A DNA stretch of 64,000 nucleotides from Macrostomum lignano (taxonomy: Eukaryota): the NCBI GenBank assembly GCA_002269645.1, contig NIVC01002739.1, positions 1 through 64,000 on the forward strand. Direction: 5' to 3'. Numbering within the stretch: position 1 is the stretch's first letter; each line of letters opens with the position of its first letter. The translations under genes and the position numbers were made by a program. The notes beneath the pieces are model-generated. The model was not told where the DNA came from. It did not search any database and worked only from the letters and a program-made list of their open reading frames with translations. Of this stretch, positions 25,761-37,700 are shown one piece after another.

Positions 25761-26835
25761 AGATACATGAATACTAGAAAAAGAAGCAGGTTTGTTTAAA
25801 CAGAGGCAACGGTTTTCAAAAATGAACATTTATATAATTTTAGCAGCTTTAGCTAGACGAGAAAAAACTGCCTATGCAACAAGGCACTAAAGGGGAAATA
25901 GTTTTGACTTCTATAAACTTCATGGTTTGTTGCAGAAATTGCGCAGTCTACGAGTATTAGGCTTCTTTTAGAAGCGCTAGAATAGACCAGATTATACATT
26001 TTTGCTTTCTCTATTGCTCTCTTCCACTCTCACTGGTTGGTAAAGTTGAAATACTCGTCTAAAAAGTTTTCAGTCTTGCAGAAGTTCTGCGTCGCTGCCA
26101 CTTGTCTGCAGAAATTGAGCCGAAAACTGTCTGGTAGAAGTACAGTTTATTATGCAAATATAGCATTCTAGAACTGACAGGCAAGAGTTACACCTTGACC
26201 TTCTTCATTAATATTCAGTCATTTATAATAAGCCAAAAAACCTACTCAGTAGTCAAGTCTCAAACAGAATTTTTGCTTAAGTATTGAAATCAGGGTGCTC
26301 TCTTTCATTTATTTTTTCGAGATAAAAATGACTTGAAAAATAATAGGCACTGCAGATTGATCAGCTGCTATGCAAAGCACATAGATTGAATGATTTGAAC
26401 GTATAAACTGGTCGCTGTTTAAATACACTCGCTTAGTATAGTGGCGCCGATTCAAACTCAATAATGTCTACATGTTATAGCAGTTTCCAAGCCAGAAAAT
26501 TTGCAATCATCCTTAGCGGGAGAATCAAGCATTTAGTAGTCCTTGTTGAAGAGTTGCTTTTCACTGTCTATGGCCCAAACTGGGGTCTGTGGAGCAGCCA
26601 ATTTGGAAATTCATGTAGACAAACACACGGATATGACAGACGATAAGAGTTCAGTGACCTACCGCAGACCCCAATTTGGGCCATAAACAATTAATAGCAA
26701 GTCTTCAAGTGCGCCAAGTGCTTCTGGGGTTGAATAGGCTTGGAAAATGCATTTATTTCAATTATACCTAAAAACCACGTGAATAAAATGAGACTAGTCT
26801 ACAACATGTGACGCAATCAACTCCAACTCAATCGA

Positions 26836-29800
26836 TTATTGCAACTGAGTTTCATACCGCCGACCACGTGACTCGGCGTCATCCTCGATAAACAACTCCA
26901 GCTGTTGAACTTCAACGTGATTCGGGTCGTCGCAATCTGAGGCGCCTTCGACAACAGAGCGGCACCTGCTGTTGCAGCCTGTTCGGCAGTGTGGCGGCAA
27001 GCTTGCTGTCGGCGCTAGAAGCGAGTCCCGACTGTACAGAGTCTGGAAGCGTTTCAGTTGCAGGTCGGCTGCATCAATTCCAGAGCCTAGTAGCGGCTCT
27101 CGGCACACCTGCAGTCGGGCCATCTGCAGCTTCAGCCGATGACAAACCGCCAAGGAGGTGATCAGAATGACTAGACAGAGGGCCACACTGCCAGCAAGGC
27201 TGTACAGCAGCCACACGCCGTCAGGGTAGAGGCCGAATCTGCGGAGTAGCAACGATTCGATGGAGGATACGTCGGTACCGACTTGAAGACTGTTCAAAGT
27301 TGGACAGACAGCAGGCGGTGTTGAGGCCGCAGTCTCTGACTCTTTTCTTGCCGTTGTTGACGCTTTGCCAGTTGGTGAACAGCTTGATTGGTGCATGGAA
27401 TCCAGCGACACCTGACAGCTGGTGAAGGTGACCAGCAGGTGCGCCGAGCTGCCCAAGCAGCGGTGTCGCCGCACCGTCTCGCAGATGGCCGCGTCAGTCG
27501 CCGGAGCCGGTGGACACCCGGCGAAGTGCAGCCGCACGGTGACGTTCTCGGGGCCGCAGAGGCCGTCGGCGGAGGCGGGCAGGTACGCGAACAGCTTGTT
27601 GTCGCGCAGGTCGATGAGGCTGAGCTGCCGGTTGGAGGCGAAGGCCCGTTCGAGCCTGCCCAGCGTGCGGAACTGGTTGTCGAGGGCGTACAGCTCGAAG
27701 AGGCTGACGGCGCCCTGCGGGAGTTCAACCAACGAGATTGGGGCTTTAATGTCCAGAGTCTTGGCTTTGAAATGGATGGGTGAAGTAGCCTCAGTTGCAT
27801 TAGTTGCGTGATTGGCAAACTTTTAGTACATCTTGAATTTTGTCAGGAGCTGCTGTTTAACTGGTGCCACCTGTGTAGCTGGCACCCTCTGTAGCTGGCA
27901 TCCCCTCTGTAGCTGGCGCCCCCTCTGTAGCTGGCGCCCCTCTGTAGCTGGCGCCCCTCTGTAGCTGGCGCCCCTCTGTAGCTGGCACCCTCTGTAGCTG
28001 GCACCCTCTGTAGCTGGCACCCTCTGTAGCTGGCACCCTCTGTAGCTGGCACCCTCTGTAGCTGGCATCCCCTCTGTAGCTGGCGCCCCTCTGTAGCTGG
28101 CGCCCCTCTGTAGCTGGCACCCTCTGTAGCTGGCATCCCCTCTGTAGCTGGCACCCTCTGTAGCTGGCATCCCGTCTGTAGCTGGCATCCCCTCTGTAGC
28201 TGGCGCCCCTCTGTAGCTGGCGCCCCTCTGTAGCTGGCACCCTCTGTAGCTGGCACCCTCTGTAGCTGGCATCCCCTCTGTAGCTGGCGCCCCTCTGTAG
28301 CTGGCATCCCCTCTGTAGCTGGCATCCCCTCTGTAGCTGGCATCCCCTCTGTAGCTGGCATCCCCTCTGTAGCTGGCATCCCCTCTGTAGCTGGCATCCC
28401 CTCTGTAGCTGGCGCCCCTCTGTAGCTGGCATCCCCTCTGTAGCTGGCGCCCCTCTGTAGCTGGCATCCCCTCTGTTGCTGGCACCCTTTGTAGCTGGCA
28501 TCCCCTCTGTATCTGGCACCCTCTGTTGCTGGCACCCTCTGTAGCTGGCATCCCCTCTGTAGCTGGCGCCTCTCTGTAGCTGGCATCCCCTCTGTAGCTG
28601 GCACCCTCTGTAGCTGGCATCCCCTCTGTAGCTGGCATCCCCTCTGTAGCTGGCGCCCCTCTGTAGCTGGCATCCCCTCTGTAGCTGGCATCCCCTCTGT
28701 AGCTGGCATCCCCTCTGTAGCTGGCATCCCCTCTGTAGCTGGCATCCCCTCTGTAGCTGGCATCCCCTCTGTAGCTGGCGCCCCTCTGTAGCTGGCGCCC
28801 CTCTGTAGCTGGCATCCCCTCTGTTGCTGGCACCCTTTGTAGCTGGCATCCCCTCTGTATCTGGCACCCTCTGTTGCTGGCCCCCTCTGTAGCTGGCATC
28901 CCCTCTGTAGCTGGCGCCTCTCTGTAGCTGGCATCCCCTCTGTAGCTGGCACCCTCTGTAGCTGGCATCCCCTCTGTAGCTGGCGCCCCTCTGTAGCTGG
29001 CATCCCCTCTGTTGCTGGCACCCTCTGTAGCTGGCATCCCCTCTGTAGCTGGCATCCCCTCTGTAGCTGGTGCCCCCCTCTGTTGCTGGTGCCCCTCTCT
29101 GTTGCTGGTGCCCCTCTCTTCCTCAGGAGAAATTGCACCGTTGGGCTCCCAGCACCCCCTAGCAACACGGGAAGAATGGCAGCCTGAGCCAGTCACCTGC
29201 AGAGCCCGGGGTCCCAGCACCCCCTAGCAACACGAGGCAAATGGCAGCCTGAGCCAGTCACCTGCAGAGCCCGGGGTCCCAGCTGACTCAGCTGGTTGCC
29301 GCTCAGCTTCAGCGTCCTCAGCGATCCGCAGGCGGCCAGCAGGCCGTCCGGCAGCCTCTCGATGCGGTTGTCGCTGAGGTCGAGCGACTCGAGACTGCCG
29401 CAGCCGATCAGAGCTCGCTGGCTGAGGTCCCGAACTCGATTCCTGGCCAGACTGAGCTGCCGCAGCCGTTTGTCGCACACGTCGGGCCCAACGGTCGTTA
29501 AATTTCCGTCGAGAATCTCCATCGATGACAGGTTCGGTAGCTGAGCAGCGTGTCCGGACTCGAGCTCGGGACCTTGCCAGCCGATGACCTTCAAGTGTTC
29601 AACCGAGTCGCAGCCAACGAGGCCCCGACCGGGAGAGGCGGCCGACGCTGGCCAGGAGGCGGCACTCTGGAAGTTGAGCACCAGAGAGGCGGTGTCGGGT
29701 GAGCAGGAGACGTCCAGAGCGCCGCCAACCGGACAGAACTGCAAGCCAGTCCAATTGTAGCAAGTCATCTTCGCCTCAACCGATTGGCTACCGCTAAACA

Positions 29801-29852
29801 CCAGGGTCAGCAGCAGCATAAACTGAATCAGCTTTCGCAATAGTCCGGCCAT
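26836..29852 (-). CDS. Single-pass leucine-rich-repeat membrane protein, paralog 2 (~489 aa)
   Basis: Exons 29852-29262 and 27714-26836, phase 0. The LRR core is near-identical to paralog 1; TM VWLLYSLAGSVALCLVILITSLAVC. The frame stays open through the position of paralog 1's second intron. Confidence 0.85.
27868..29110 (-). repeat. Expanded 16/18-bp minisatellite (GCCAGCTACAGAGGG family) in LRR paralog 2 intron
   Basis: Direct; contains an internal block duplication (variant block near 28470 repeated near 28820). Confidence 0.95.
29140..29285 (-). repeat. Two tandem 65-bp copies of the exon 1 donor junction in paralog 2
   Basis: Minus-strand GT donors at 29261-29260 and 29196-29195. Confidence 0.9.
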
Positions 29853-31164
29853 TGACAGCTATCAAGTTCGAGGAAATTCGAATGCGTCTAAAGCACGCAA
29901 TTAGTCATACGGTAGTTGGAAGTTCTGCTTTCTATTGAATATCGCACAATATGAGCGTTGGCGAGCTGTTTTTTAGAGTCTGCTCTTCCGTCTTGTTTAC
30001 TTTCTTTTTTGGATGCCCCTGGATATTCGGTCCCGAGCGCTGTATTCTATGTACACCCTTGGGCCTCTGTCTCTCATCTCTACCCCTCCCGACCTCTCTC
30101 TCCGTTTCTGCTTCTCGGCGTTTCGCATCCAATAGGAAACTGCATTGAGGTTGTGGGTGAGAAGAAAATCTGCTTTCCTTCCAAAGGCGGTTGTGTGTGT
30201 TGGTGTCAGTTTTCGTTGACACTAAATACAATGCCCCCTAATACTGAGGCACTTTTATATTGCATATAGTGGCGAGTGAGAGAGAAAAAGCAGAGTATTC
30301 TTTTAGTAGCTAATAAAACAAGAAATAAAACTTACTTGCCTCCAGGGTCAGGCAGAGAATCCAGCGCACGACTGGGGGCCAGTCGAGTGAAGAGAGGAGG
30401 GGGAATGTAAGCTAGAGAAAAGGAGAGAGAGGTGAGAGGAGAGGAGAGAAGAGATGAGATACCTTGAGTCGGCCGGATTGCTATTGTGAAGTTTCAAAGT
30501 ACCCCCGAGGATCGAAGTTTGCCGAACCTTAAGCTAATATAAGTATATTTTCTGTTATTATATTGTAACTCTCTGTATTCTTAAAATTGATAATTGGTGA
30601 GTTTGCGTTTCCGGAGGGATATCAAGCAAAAGATAACTTGCAAAAGAACTATTTAGGCTAGCTAAAAAGCAATGAAGATCCTAAGGATAAAAAATGGAAG
30701 ATTTTTTGTCAAAAAAATTTATCCAATTTAAATGATCAGTTATCACATGACTCACGAATTTATTAAAGCTTAAAAAGATAAAAATGCAACTGTTCTTTTT
30801 TAATTTTGCACAAATTTCTGCTTTTTGCATTGTGCTCAATCGAATTTGGCCATAGAAAACTCTGTCGAGACAGTAAAACGTCACCAAAGCTATGCTTGAA
30901 GAATATTTTAGAATTTTTCCTGATTCTACCTGAATTCTACCTTTGCATGCTTGGAATTTCTGGGACAGAAATTTGCGATTGTGACCGCGGGTCATTTTGG
31001 TAAACATGCACTCGATTTATGATTTTCAATTCAATCGTATTGGCATGCACAAAATTTTCTTGCTTTGATAAGAAAAAACAGCGAAATTCGACGTTATCAA
31101 TGATTTATTACCGCACAATAAAGTTTACATCTTTCAAATTAGCAATATAAGTAGTATCGCATGT

Positions 31165-31399
<235 letters not shown>

Positions 31400-31704
31400 C
31401 CCTCTTTAGGTCCGCAGTCATGCGCCAGGTTCTCTATCTGGCTCTTGACGTAAAAAAAATTGCTGACCTCTGGCTAAAAGCATCAGAAACTTTCAACTGT
31501 TGCTAGTTTTATCCCGGAACTAACAGTTCATCTGTTTATCCAAGAATTATCCCCGCTAAATACTAGCAATTAGCGCTTAGCGTCACCAATTTTAATCCCA
31601 TACTATGCAATACAAAAAATACTATATAATCGGCTGCTATCAGCTGGATCTGTTTGAAAACTGTTTCTCTGTTTCTCAGCAAGACTCAAATCTAAATTTA
31701 AACA

Positions 31705-33462
31705 ATGCGTCTAGGATGCTTGATGTTGGTTTTTCTGCTTCTGGCGACCAAAGCGATGGGAACTTCCGAGGTAAGCAATTAGGTGAGGAGAGGAGAGGAG
31801 AGGAGAGGAGAGGAGAGGAGAGGAGAGGAGAGGAGGGGAGAGGAGAGGAGAGGAGGAGAGAGGAGGGGAGGGGAGAGGAGAGTAGAGGAGAGGAGAGAAG
31901 AGGAGAAGAGACCAGACCAAAAGCAGAATATGTAGCTGTGAACACTGCAGGCGGAGTTCGAATCGCGGTACAGAGACTGCATCCTGCAGGACACGAACTG
32001 CCCGAATAACAGTAGCGTATACAGCTACCAGCGACTCCTGCCAACTCTGCAGCTGATGCAGCGAAAGAAGCCACCAAGAGAGTGCGACTGCAACATCCAA
32101 AGTGAGGGCTGTGTCAGACGGTGCTTCTATGCCTTCCGACTCCAGCTGGACATTTTGGCTGCGGAGTTCAGGGCTGGCAATGATATGGCTAGGCGTGAGG
32201 TGAGTTCGACCCTGTCCTGAAGTGTTCGACCCCATCCTGAAGTGTTCGACCCTATCCTGAAGTGTTCGACCCTATCCTGAAGTGTTCGAACCCATCCTGA
32301 AGTGTTCGACCCTATCCAGAAGTGTTCGACCCCATCCTGAAGTGTTCGACCCTATCCTGAAGTGTTCGACCCCATCCTGAAGTGTTTGACCCTGTCCTGA
32401 AGTGTTCGACCCTATCCTGAAGTGTTCGACCCTATCCTGAAGTGTTCGACCCTATCCTGAAGTGTTTGACCCTGTCCTGAAGTGTTCGACCCTATCCTGA
32501 AGTGTTCGACCCCATCCTGAAGTGTTCGACCCTATCCTGAAGTGTTCGACCCCATCCTGAAGTGTTCGACCCTATCCTGAAGTGTTCGACCCTATCCTGA
32601 AGTGTTCGACCCCATCCTGAAGTGTTCGACCCTATCCAGAAGTGTTCGACCCCATCCTGAAGTGTTCGACCCTATCCTGAAGTGTTCGACCCCATCCTGA
32701 AGTGTTCGACCCCATCCTGAAGTGTTCGACCCTATCCTGAAGTGTTCGACCCTATCCTGAAGTGTTTGACCCTGTCCTGAAGTGTTCGACCCTATCCTGA
32801 AGTGTTCGACCCTATCCTGAAGTGTTCGACCCTATCCTGAAGTGTTCGAACCCATCCTGAAGTGTTCGACCCTATCCTGAAGTGTTTGACCCTGTCCTGA
32901 AGTGTTCGACCCTATCCTGAAGTGTTCGACCCCATCCTGAAGTGTTCGACCCTATCCTGAAGTGTTCGACCCCATCCTGAAGTGTTCGACCCTATCCTGA
33001 AGTGTTCGACCCTATCCTGAAGTGTTCGACCCCATCCTGAAGTGTTCGACCCTATCCTGAAGTGTTCGACCCCATCCTGAAGTGTTCGACCCTATCCTGA
33101 AGTGTTCGACCCTATCCTGAAGTGTTCGACCCTATCCTGAAGTGTTCAACCCCATCCTGAAGTGTTTGGCTCTTTCGTAAAGTTCCAGTGCTGGCTTTGA
33201 TAAACAAAAATAACGAACTCCCCAAAATTTGCAGCAGTTTACTAATTTCGCCCGTAGCAACATGAATCGCCTTAGGCCTTGCATCCTCGAGGGCAGGAAC
33301 TGTCAGCAAGTGTATGGCCCGTCGCTCAACTACATGTCCGACTGGTTGCGCTACGAGCTCCGGATTAACTACATGCCTCCGGTGTGTAACTGCGACGTGA
33401 ACAATGAAAACTGCGGCAGGCCGTGCATGTACGCCATCCTAAAGTCTGAGGCCGGATTTTGA
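31705..33462 (+). CDS. Secreted protein (~180 aa) with two tandem 6-cysteine domains, family not recognised
   Basis: Exons 31705-31770 (signal MRLGCLMLVFLLLATKAMG, donor GTAAGC), 31951-32199 and 33235/33238-33462, all phase 0. Each of exons 2 and 3 has C-x6-C-x27-C-x-C-x6-C-x3-C. Intron 1 contains a (GAGAG)n tract at ~31785-31910. Confidence 0.8.
32203..33167. repeat. 20-bp minisatellite CCTGAAGTGTTCGACCC(T/C)AT (~48 copies) filling intron 2
   Basis: Direct; begins within the splice donor GTGAGTTCGACCC. Confidence 0.97.
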
Positions 33463-33749
33463 GGCTCTGCAACTCGATGAAAACTTATAATAACCATGCA
33501 GTAATTGGTGTATTAACAATCGATGGGAATATTTGGATCGGGTAATAAAATATTCCTTTAAAAATCCTAAAATGCTATGTATAATTCCTTTTTGCAACCT
33601 AGTTGGTATGCAAGCTTTTAAATTAATCATGGATACGGAAATCAGACTTGCGAGACTGAAGATTTTCTCGTTGGCATAGCCGAGTTTAATTTAATCCCTG
33701 GGGGCATCAATTTGATCATTTGACGCCATCAGGTACATCACTACGACTC

Positions 33750-34135
33750 GTCACGCTTTGCACCAGATTATTGATGAACGTCTGGAACCTGGCTGCCGTC
33801 TAGCCTTCTTGCCCCTTCTGCTGCGACCTTGAGTCCAGATTTTAAAGCCTGTCTTGTCGATGAAAATCAAGTGAATCTCAGGGGCACAATCCAGTCAACC
33901 GCAGTGATGAGCTGCTTGACCAAAACATTCGGCTTACTGTTGACTCACAAACTTGCAACTCCGGATCGGCTTAACGAAGCTTAGGCTTCATTTCTTGCAA
34001 AGTTAGCAGTGGGTTTTCTTTGATCCATTCCAGTAGGTGCTGCACATGAGCGTCAGTAAGTTTCACTTGACGAGCACCTCCTCGACTTGGTCGGTTCCGG
34101 CGATCAGTGGGCGAGTTTGTACCGCATTCGAATCG
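33750..34135 (-). mobile_element. Degenerate Tc1/IS630-like transposase remnant
   Basis: Minus strand reads RGGARQVKLTDAHVQHLLEWIKENPLLTLQEM..ESTVSRM (HTH region), then LIFIDKTGFKIWT (first DDE motif, IFIDETGF-like); contains a stop and a frameshift. Confidence 0.65.
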
Positions 34136-34645
34136 AGTAAACATTAGGAGATGGCTTCAATCACCATTTTTGTGGCGATGCGGAGCAGCGTTGTCTTGCA
34201 GCAGCTGATTGGGCCCTGTGAGTGCAAGCTGGGCCTTTTGTCGCGAATGGCTCTTTGCACCTTGCGCAGCACTTCCAAATAATAGTCACCATTGACTGTC
34301 TGGCCGGCAGGAACAGCCTGATCGAAGATGATGCCCTCGCGATCAAAGAAAGTCACATGCATGATTTTCAGCTGAGCAATTCTCCTTGCAGCCTTCACTG
34401 GCCTCGGAGAGCCAGGCTGGCACCAAGATGCGCTCTGCCGCTTCAGTTTCAAGCCACGATTCTCTGAAGAAACTGAAGTCCCTCGTGCCTGTGTCTTTGC
34501 AGATGAGCTGCGCTGAGAGTTGTGAGACCTTCAGCTCCTCTGACGACAGGATGTGAGGCACCCACTTTGCGCAAATCTTCCTGACTCCAAGATCTTCAGT
34601 CAGAACTTTATGGATTTTGTCATGAGACACGCCAGTATACTCAGC

Positions 34646-34700
34646 GGGGGCTTACGGCCGACCTTCAAGAGGTGCCCCTGTTCTTAACTAACGGACCGTA
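34646..34700 (+). ncRNA. Predicted HDV-like (CPEB3/Pr77-type) self-cleaving ribozyme at the LINE 5' end
   Basis: P1 GGGGGC/GCCCCU with G1-U wobble; P2 UACGGCCG/CGG(A)CCGUA; P3 ACC/GGU; 7-nt L3 UUCAAGA; G after P1 available for P1.1; J4/2 CUAA. G1 is the first base after the TSD. Confidence 0.72.
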
Positions 34701-37700
34701 CCACCACCGAGCCTGCGAAGAAGACCAAGAGAACGCGTCGAACTCCGAAAACCTTCTATCCGTCATGCGACTCCGCGGCGGCAATAGTGACATTTCAGTC
34801 CACCGCCGCCGGCCGCGCAGGAGACACAGGAGAGCAGCGTCGCGCAAAGCCGAGCCGGACCAAGAGCTCCTTGTGCAGTTTAACTGCAATGGCATCAAAA
34901 GCCGTAATACGGAGCTGGCCCACAGGCTGGCCTCCCTGCGCCCCGCCGCTATACTCCTTCAGGAAACCAAGCTTAAGAAAGAAGAAGATTATAACCCGCC
35001 GCGGGGATACGTGGTGGCCTCCAGGGAAGATGGAGTACATAACGCCGGCCCCGATGACCGCGCTGTCGTGACACCTGCTCACCCAAATCGGCCACCCGAC
35101 GCTAACGGTACAGGCGCCGCCGGGACACGACGCCGTACCAACCCGCGCTGCCGGCTGAGATTCCCAGGACTCCGCGAAAACTGGTGCGCCGGATGTCGCA
35201 GCGGCCGTACCGCCTGTAGCGTCCGTTTCACACCATGGCATGGCGCAGACAACCAATCTGTTCAAACCAGTGCACCCGGACGAGAAATCACCAGCACGCC
35301 ACCAAGGACTACTTAAACGATACTTAAGTAGTCCTTGCACGCCACCGCCAGCCCAGTCCACTATCCCAAAAACCAACAAAAAAATTACAGGACGGGGAGG
35401 TACTATGGTGCTTGTCCGCGATGACGTCCAGTACGACAGACTCAAAGTCGATAGAGAACACGACCTCCTGGACGTTGCCGCCTGCCGCATCCGCCTCAAA
35501 GGACAGCAGCCGATCGTGATAGCATCTATCTATGCACCGCCATCCAGCTGCCAACGCCCCGATAACACCTGGCAACCCAGCTTCACCAATCTCCCGACTA
35601 CCGGTAGAGTCATCCTCGGAGGCGACTACAACGCACACGGAAGCTGGGACCGCCACATTGATGAAGATCTCAGAGGCCAGACCGTCGACGAGTGGGTCGC
35701 CCGCAATGGGCTCGTCATCTGCAATACCACCTGCCACACACGCACCTGCCCCAGTACTGGCCGCCTCAGTAGCCCAGACGTGACCATCTGTAGTAGCACC
35801 ATTGCCGGATCCATCACGGACTCCTGGAAGACGCTACCAGACTGGGGAAGCGATCACCTGCCGATCGTTTTCGGCCTCCCAGCCTCTAACGCCGGAAAGA
35901 CCCGTCACTGCGGGCAAAAACGCTGGATCTATAAGAAGGCAGACTGGGGAGCCTTCAGGGAGTCGCTAAATACCTGGGCAGAATCCGAACGCAACGACAC
36001 CACCTTAAACACAGAGGCCACACGCCTTGCCGAAGCCATCCTGAACGCAGCAAGACTTGCCATCCCGCGCAGCTCCGGGAAAAAGACGAGACGCCTGCCG
36101 TTCTGGAACGACGCCTGCGAGGAGGCCTCCAAAGCTACACGTTCCGCGAGACAATCCGCAGAAAAAGAACCGACACCAGAAAATATTATTGCCGCAAACA
36201 GAGCCCGCCACAACGCCTCAGGCTGCCTCCGGAGGGAGAAAGAAGCCTTCCTGCTCGACAAAGCGGCAAATTTCAGCCAGGACTCGGACATTTTTGGCTT
36301 ACTCCGCGCTATGAGAGGCGATGGTTTTAAAACTCCGGACCCGGCTGCCATTGTCAGGGCCGCCTCCCCAGACTCGCCGGAGCGCACCGCACGCACTAAC
36401 AAAGAGAAGGCCGAACTCTTTTGCCAACTCTACGCCGAAGTTAGCCGAGTCCCCAGACGAAAAAATGACTCGGCCATCAGATACGAAGCGAACGAGGCCA
36501 CTACGCCTATGGGTGACCCCCAAACAGACGGCCCGGACGCCCCTTTCGAGATCGACGAGCTCCGCGCCGCTATCCGATGTCTCAAATCAGGGAAGGCTGT
36601 GGGAACCGACGGTGTCTCCAACGAGATGCTTAAACGCCTCCCGCCGGCCGCTGACAAAGCCTTACTCAGCCTCATCAACCGCACCTAGCGGGAGGGCAAA
36701 ACACCTACCAGCTGGCGAATTGGCACCATTATACCGATCCAGAAAAAAGGGAAAGACGCCGCATCACCGGGCAACTACCGCCCCGTCGCACTTACCAGCT
36801 GCATCGCCAAGTGCGCGGAGCGCATGGTTCTGGCTCGTCTTAACTATGACCTGGAGAGCCGTGGCGGTCTCTCGCTCACTCAAGCTGGTTTTCGTCGCGG
36901 TCGTAGCACCGAGGAACAGCTCGCGCGAGTCTGCCAAGCCATTTTTGACGGCCTCGAGAGTCTACCGGCGCTACGCAGCATCCTCTGCCTCCTCGACTTC
37001 TGCCGAGCGTATGACAGAGTATGGCGCCTGGCCCTGTATGCCAAAATGCACCGCATGGGCATCCCCAAGCGCATCATCCGCTGGATCCGCGGCTTCCTGT
37101 CGGACCGTCACAACGCAGTCCGCTGGGTTAACGCCACGAGCCGCAACAGAGTTTTCCGCGAAGGTCTGCCACAGGGCAGTGTGCTAGCGCCCACGCTGTG
37201 GAATATCTATGTCAACGATTTAGCCCAAGCAGTCGCCGAGGCGAACCCTTTGGTCAACCTCAGTCTCTACGCCGATGACTCGGCCTTACTGGCGACCGCT
37301 CGCACACTCGACATCTGTGCCAGAGAACTCCAACCAGCCCTGGATGCAGTGGCCGACTGGTGCCGAGATTGGAAAGTCTCCATTAGCACTGGGAAATGCT
37401 GCTACTCCACCTTCACTCTAGCGGCAAATGAAAACAACGGCAAACGGAGAGTGAACCTCCAGATCAACGGCGACAAGCTTGCCTTCGATCCAACTCCGAC
37501 CTTCCTGGGACTCAGTCTTGACGACAGCCTAAGTTTCAGCCACCATGCATCAAAGATCCGTAAAAAGATGGCCGCCCGCAGAAGACCTCTCACTGCCCTC
37601 GCTACCAGATCGGCCGGTGCGGACAGTCAGATCCTCCGCATGGCTTACATCGCCACCGTTCGCTCTGTTGCCGACTACGCGTGCGGGGTCTGGGGGTCCT

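Noticed and set aside
32203-33167. CRISPR-like regular repeats (also considered for the other arrays)
   Set aside because: Units are head-to-tail with no unique spacers, there are no cas genes, and the context is eukaryotic.
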